Assembly: GCA_040954595.2 (NCBI GenBank)
Contig: CM082596.2
Coordinates: forward strand, 186,001 to 250,000
DNA length: 64,000 bases
Direction of reading: 5' to 3'
Origin: Balanoglossus misakiensis
Taxonomy: Eukaryota > Animalia > Hemichordata
Notes under the pieces: generated by a model
Seen by the model: the letters and a program-made list of their open reading frames with translations, nothing else
Database searches by the model: none
What the model was told of the DNA's origin: nothing
In this document: positions 58,301-64,000 of the stretch, piece after piece
Position numbering within the stretch: the first letter of the stretch is position 1
Layout: every line of letters begins with the position of its first letter
Position numbers and translations under genes: made by a program

Positions 58301-61300
58301 CAATAGCCAATTTAATGCCAAGCCCAAATCTTTATTTTGCTGGCCTTACGACCAAACAGAGCACTATACGAGATCATGATCACTTTATTACCCACATAAA
58401 GTTAGAACCATAAATCCCAATCCAATTTTCGAGGTACATGTTGTCTCGAAAAGGTGCCACCACTGTCCTGACTGAACAAGTTAACATTAGATTATTGTGC
58501 TTATGTTATGTGCATATCATTAAATAGCTGTGCTGTGATTCGTTGATTGATGGTCACATGAGTCATGTTCATTTTATGCCCACCTGAACACAGGTATAAT
58601 AAGTGGTGTCGTTGCTGTTTGATAATTTAAATATTCTGTAAAGGCGCCCTTTCGTGCCTGTCGCACGAAATGGATCATACAAGTGCCTCAAATACCATAT
58701 TAAAAATGTTATTCACTCGAAATTGTCCCACGTCTCAATTCACTAACTGATTAGGATGGAAGCAACAGAAACTAATCAGACGCTTCATGTGAATATCACA
58801 TGGTATGTGTTTAAATGAAATACCATCGGCGGTATTCGACAATAAGCGTCACAGCTCGTGAGAGATATGGCCACGCGCAAAAGAGTAAAAAAAGTGTTAT
58901 GCAGAACATCAATGTGTACGGCCTCACCAAGCAATTGTTTGGCAGTGACAAAACATTTTTGTTATTTTAGTTCTATCAATTTGAATGTTATTTAAAATAC
59001 AGGTATTAGCTTGCAGATTTGAAGTTGTTAATTTTGACGTTGTTGCTCGTATTTTTGATCTTTTATCCTCATGTGGGGTAGTACAGAAATATTTGAGCCA
59101 CAGGTGGTATTGACCTTCGGCAACTGGTGGGTAGTGGATATCAGAATGTAATCAAGGTTGTGGGATGAAATTATAGTCCGGATATCTACATGGGGTTGAG
59201 TAATGGCGCTGATAATACAATGCGATGTTCAAGATTAAAGTAATCACTTAGCTTTCATGAGTTACCTTCAGAAATCTTATTAACCCTGAAGGTATCAAGT
59301 TCTGTTTACTTTTATTTATTATCAAATTAAAGCATTGGTTACATAGCCCTGACTCCCTGTAGATTTCTTAACAGGGGTTGACAACATCCTGCAATGTCAA
59401 CTCATTTCAAACAACAATGGTATAGACCTGTATGCTCTGTATATGCCTGTACAAGTCCCAGTGACTGTCCAAAAAGATTTCCAGAACATTATTAATTCTG
59501 CCACAGTAACTCTCATTATTTTTATACTGTCTTTACATCAAGAATTCACTATATTTGATATTTCATTGCAGCTGAATCTTCAAATGTGACGATAGCTTTT
59601 CTATAAGCACACCGATATATGTAATGTAGTAAATATATCACCAAATGACACACTATATACATCTGTATTAGGAACGAATTCACTAGTTTTCAAGTTCTCT
59701 CTCTTCGTACTTTTTTATTCGTAAGTGTTATTAACATTCGATCAGATGTTTGACCTTTTCCCCAAGGTAATTAATTAAAAGGCGCCAGCATTATCTGGTC
59801 AATTGTCTTTCTTTTCTATATGCTTTTAATGTGAATTTTTGACAGCATCCTGCGTCAAGCGGTAAAATCAATAGATATCCATCGAGTATGGGAGAGCGAC
59901 TACTTCCGTTTAAAAGCCCCCAGAGGCAATACTCACTACTTGTAATTTTCAGGTCGCATTTGTTTTCTTGGTTGGTAACTGTGAAGTCACTCCTTTTGTA
60001 GATTAGGCCCTGTCTGTATTAAAATATCTCCACTGTGTATCACGGTGTGACAAGGAGAAAATTATCACCGTTTTAAAAGGTCCTTCTGCATTGCTCACTA
60101 TTAGTGACGATGGGTAGTCAACTGATCATATACTTTTATCTTACACTACTTGGATGCAGTAACTAAGTAATCCTTAAAGTCTGTTCAAAAATCATTCTTC
60201 ACTCCAGCACCCTATTAATTCCCCTTCGGAAAATACTTAAACCAGAATAGGATTCCGCTTTTCATGGCAGTTGGTTCAGTGTTTGACGCAAATTGATGTT
60301 GTTAAAGTGATGCACTATAAAACCAGCAGGACAGTCAACACTTAAAGCCAGCAAAAGAATTACTTTAAAACGGGCGATAAAGTCTAATACACTATTAACC
60401 TTGGCCATACGGTTCATATGACCTGCAGTGTTACATGGAGTAACGCAGTATTTTAAAACCAAGCTAATAAGTTTGTGACCAGCCGTATGTCGACTGTATA
60501 CTGGAAGTGTGGTATTTAAAAAAGTCACTCCCAAAATACCACTTTCTGTATAGTTTTTTGACAATTGCATTTAAAAGACGAGGAAACTATATTGCAGTGC
60601 ACATCCAAGAAATACTATTTTAAACACTGTTTGTGAGCTGCATACACATTATACAAAACCCATCACTCAAATACCGCACTTACGGTCACCAGATTTGTCA
60701 TGGGTCTATTGGCGGCATGGTTGCTTCAGCACGCTTCACGCTCTTTCTGATTGTAAGAGTTTCATTCAATTGTACACCTCGAAAAATTCAAGCACTTTGC
60801 TTTGTAGCTTTACGTGTATCAAATACCTTTAGCCCTGCCCGACGGAACATCACACACAACACGCAATATTACCCAGTGGTATTACAAGATACGACATCAA
60901 CATTGACCTCACGGAACTGACAGGAAGAGACGACACAGGGGACGATTTTTGCAGCTCGAGGGTTAATGTGTAATTTTGAGCGGCGCAAACGGACCAAGAA
61001 GTTAATCTCTTTTGGGTCGAGGAAAGTCATTAAGGATCACAGGTTTAGCGGCTAGTTGCGCCCCGGAGTAAAGAACAAAGTCATTTCATCAATAGGTGCA
61101 ACACCTGAGAAGAGAATACTATGTGCCCTGTGTTGATTCCCAGACTGTAACCCAGAGAGACAAAGGCGAATCGTCAGAGTCGTGCCTCTTGACACTCCCA
61201 AGTGCGAAGGAGATCCTTGACGACGTTCACAGCTGAATGATGAGCTTGGCATGACAACATTACAACAGGTAGGGGGCTTGACTTATCATACCTTTGCGAC

Positions 61301-64000
61301 ATTCAGCCGCGAGGTGGTTGTATTCTAACCAGGCTTTTATTCGAAGACACAGGAAACGATGCCTATCTATCAACATGCTTGCGTAAAAGGAACGACAGAC
61401 TCGTATTTTGGCTAATTATCACAAGGACGCTTCCTGATTATTCAGTTGTAGCAGACAAGAAATTTACAACCCATAGGGTTAGGAGATTATCACTCATCGC
61501 ATAGCTTGGGGCGAAGTTGTCTTCCTCATAAAACAATGGAATTTGTGAGTAGAATTTAAAACAATAATTAACAAGTTCATTGTAGGTCATCCTCGTATGT
61601 GGCAGTTCTTCTTGGACTGCAGCTTTTCGAACTTCAAATTCTATTTGTTGATATATATATTTCAGGGAATGTCTGATTGAGGCTTGAAAGTACCCATATG
61701 AAATGAAAGCAGGCCATACCATAAAGAGGCATGTGTGAAGGCATATTATATTAATAACAGATTGAATATCGTCGAGGTACATCTAATTTAAGTACCGAGA
61801 CCTACTATTTAATACATAGAAATGAACGTACATGACCTTGTAGGAATGAAGCTGTCAATCATTGATATATTCTCTTCTCCACTTATTTACAGAGGTCATG
61901 GGACAACTCTACTTATACTGTGACATGTCTCAGTACATGTTATATGAGAGGGTAGCAATATTGCTAACACATTCCCGCATTTGTTAACAGTGGTACAAGA
62001 GAAGTCACACGATGTGTATTAGTCACATGGCAAAATCAAGGTCCCCTTTTACAGATGGGATCATTTGTATCTCTTTCCATATATTTATACATGTAATAAA
62101 ATTGGTGGATGAAAAGACAGTTGATATTGTTACTGCTAAGATAAGAAGAGTACATGTATATCTTGTTGACTACAACTCAATAGTAGACCAACATGGCAGT
62201 AAAGGCCCAACTATAGTAACTTGAAACTCCCACTGGCAAAACATCAATGCTTGTCCTATGTCCAGAAGACATCATCCTCTAATAGTGAGACCAGTAATCA
62301 AGCAACTGTACCACGATGCCATTTAGGTTAATGGATCTATCACTCAGTAAACATATCAGAGGAAACAGACTTGCCAGGAGCCCAGCATTGTTTTCATTTC
62401 ATTTGATCGTGCCTCCTTTAATTAATATCATGGCACTGCAATCCATCGGTGTTACATTCGAGAGGAAAATATATTTTCCTATATCAATGGTTTACTCTAT
62501 TTTCCCCCAAAATGGATGATAACGAAGCAACTGTAATTGCCCAACTGCTGAATAGGTAAGTATTAACTTTGAGGGCTGTAACTAACTGGTCCCCTTTAAT
62601 GATATGCTCAAAATGCTCGGCACATTATCGATTGTAAATGAAACCACTCAATTGAAAATGTTGGTGACGTTATTTTCTCATAACCTTAAGATCAAATTAC
62701 ATTGAATAATGAGAATTGGATTTTTGTGGCGTCATGCTATCAATAAACTCGTTGAAACAAACTACATGTATGAACACGAAAATGGCAGATGTTTCAAATC
62801 TCTCTGTTGCAAAGTAAAAAGGAGTAGTGCATTTTAATGCACTTCATGGGCAATGGGATTTCATTTTGTGCTATATCAAAACTCCACATGCAGATGAAAA
62901 TAGTCCACTGAGAGATATTGTGTGTCATGAGGTCAGTATATCCCACTTGAATATATGGTGTATCATTAAAATTTGAAGCTACGTTAACTAAATCTGGTCT
63001 GTGATTCCAGTTTGGTATAAGGCCAAAAACCACAGATTTAAAGATGTTATTTTAAGCAATATATAAAAGTTGCAATCTAAAGTGATAATAATTATAATAA
63101 ACCCATACACATTGATTTCAGATTTTCAATGTCAGAGAACATTCAGCAATCGTCAAAGATTAAAAGCGGTCACAACCCACACTACGCATTGGGAATTAAG
63201 GTAAGAACACTTTTCGCAATTATACTATCCCCTGGGGTTGATACTACGTTTAACACAAGAAAATGACAGCTTTGGTCAGACATCTGTCACATCACACTCC
63301 CAATCAATTATAGATCGCTTTAATTGATATGTTGATATTATTCGATTTGCATATGGCGTGCTTCAATGCACGTATTGCCTCCATGAGACGTAAATTACAA
63401 GGCGGTGTAAAGTATTTTGAAATCCAATCTCGCAGGTGTTGAATAGGTGATGTAAAAGCTTGATCTGAGAAATTTCAGGAAAGTTAATAAAGAAGAGGTT
63501 TTGGCACTGAATCTTCTTTTTCAACTGGAAGGGAATCTTCCATGTTCTGTTATGGTGAGTGTGAAAAATAAGTCACAACAAGAATGAAGCAGTTGTCCCT
63601 CGTATAACAGAATAGGGATTCTCGATTCTGTAAATTAACACCGAAGGAAAAACCAAGTTCTTTGAGCTTATTTTTGACATCCGTACTATATATACTTTCA
63701 TGAGTCGCATGGCGTTGTAAACAAGTACGGAACTCCTAACATTCCATCTGAGAACTATTTGATGTAGAAGTCAATAGGGATTGTTGTGAAGCGCGGATAA
63801 GTGGTAGCTTTTGAATATATACAAATTTTTCAGCACTTGGTTTCATGAAGTTTCAAAACAATTCTTACAAATCATGTGCATGCGTGCACACACACTTTTG
63901 AATACATGTATTTTGCTGTATTGAGGGCCTTGGCCCTTCACAAGTTGCTATACCTTAATGGGTTTGATGAAAACAGCGAATGTGCATGTATGCTGTAAAT

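Noticed and set aside
61438-61782. 114-aa minus-strand ORF
   Set aside because: No recognisable domain or convincing splice sites; the length is compatible with chance.

Overview
AT-rich, intron-containing genomic DNA from an invertebrate bilaterian; a marine lophotrochozoan or ambulacrarian is my guess, and the taxon cannot be fixed from the sequence alone. I assembled exon chains by hand for seven genes. These are prohibitin-1 (-), head-to-head with the La autoantigen SSB (+, containing a U12-type intron); a secreted disulfide/amidated neuropeptide precursor that I cannot name (-); ICA1/ICA69 (-, with tandemly duplicated exons), head-to-head with DNAJB11 (+); an afadin/RADIL-like RA-RA-PDZ gene lacking FHA and DIL domains (+); and a divergent vasopressin/oxytocin-type GPCR (-). 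Also present are two non-autonomous DNA transposons (one carrying inverted TTAGGG arrays, one Kolobok-like), a decayed ORF, an unidentified spliced minus-strand unit at the left edge, CTCF, RFX, NRF1 and ETS motifs, and microsatellites. The most interesting items are the orphan neuropeptide precursor, the minor intron in La, the RA-RA-PDZ gene and the telomere-repeat MITE. No database searches were run.
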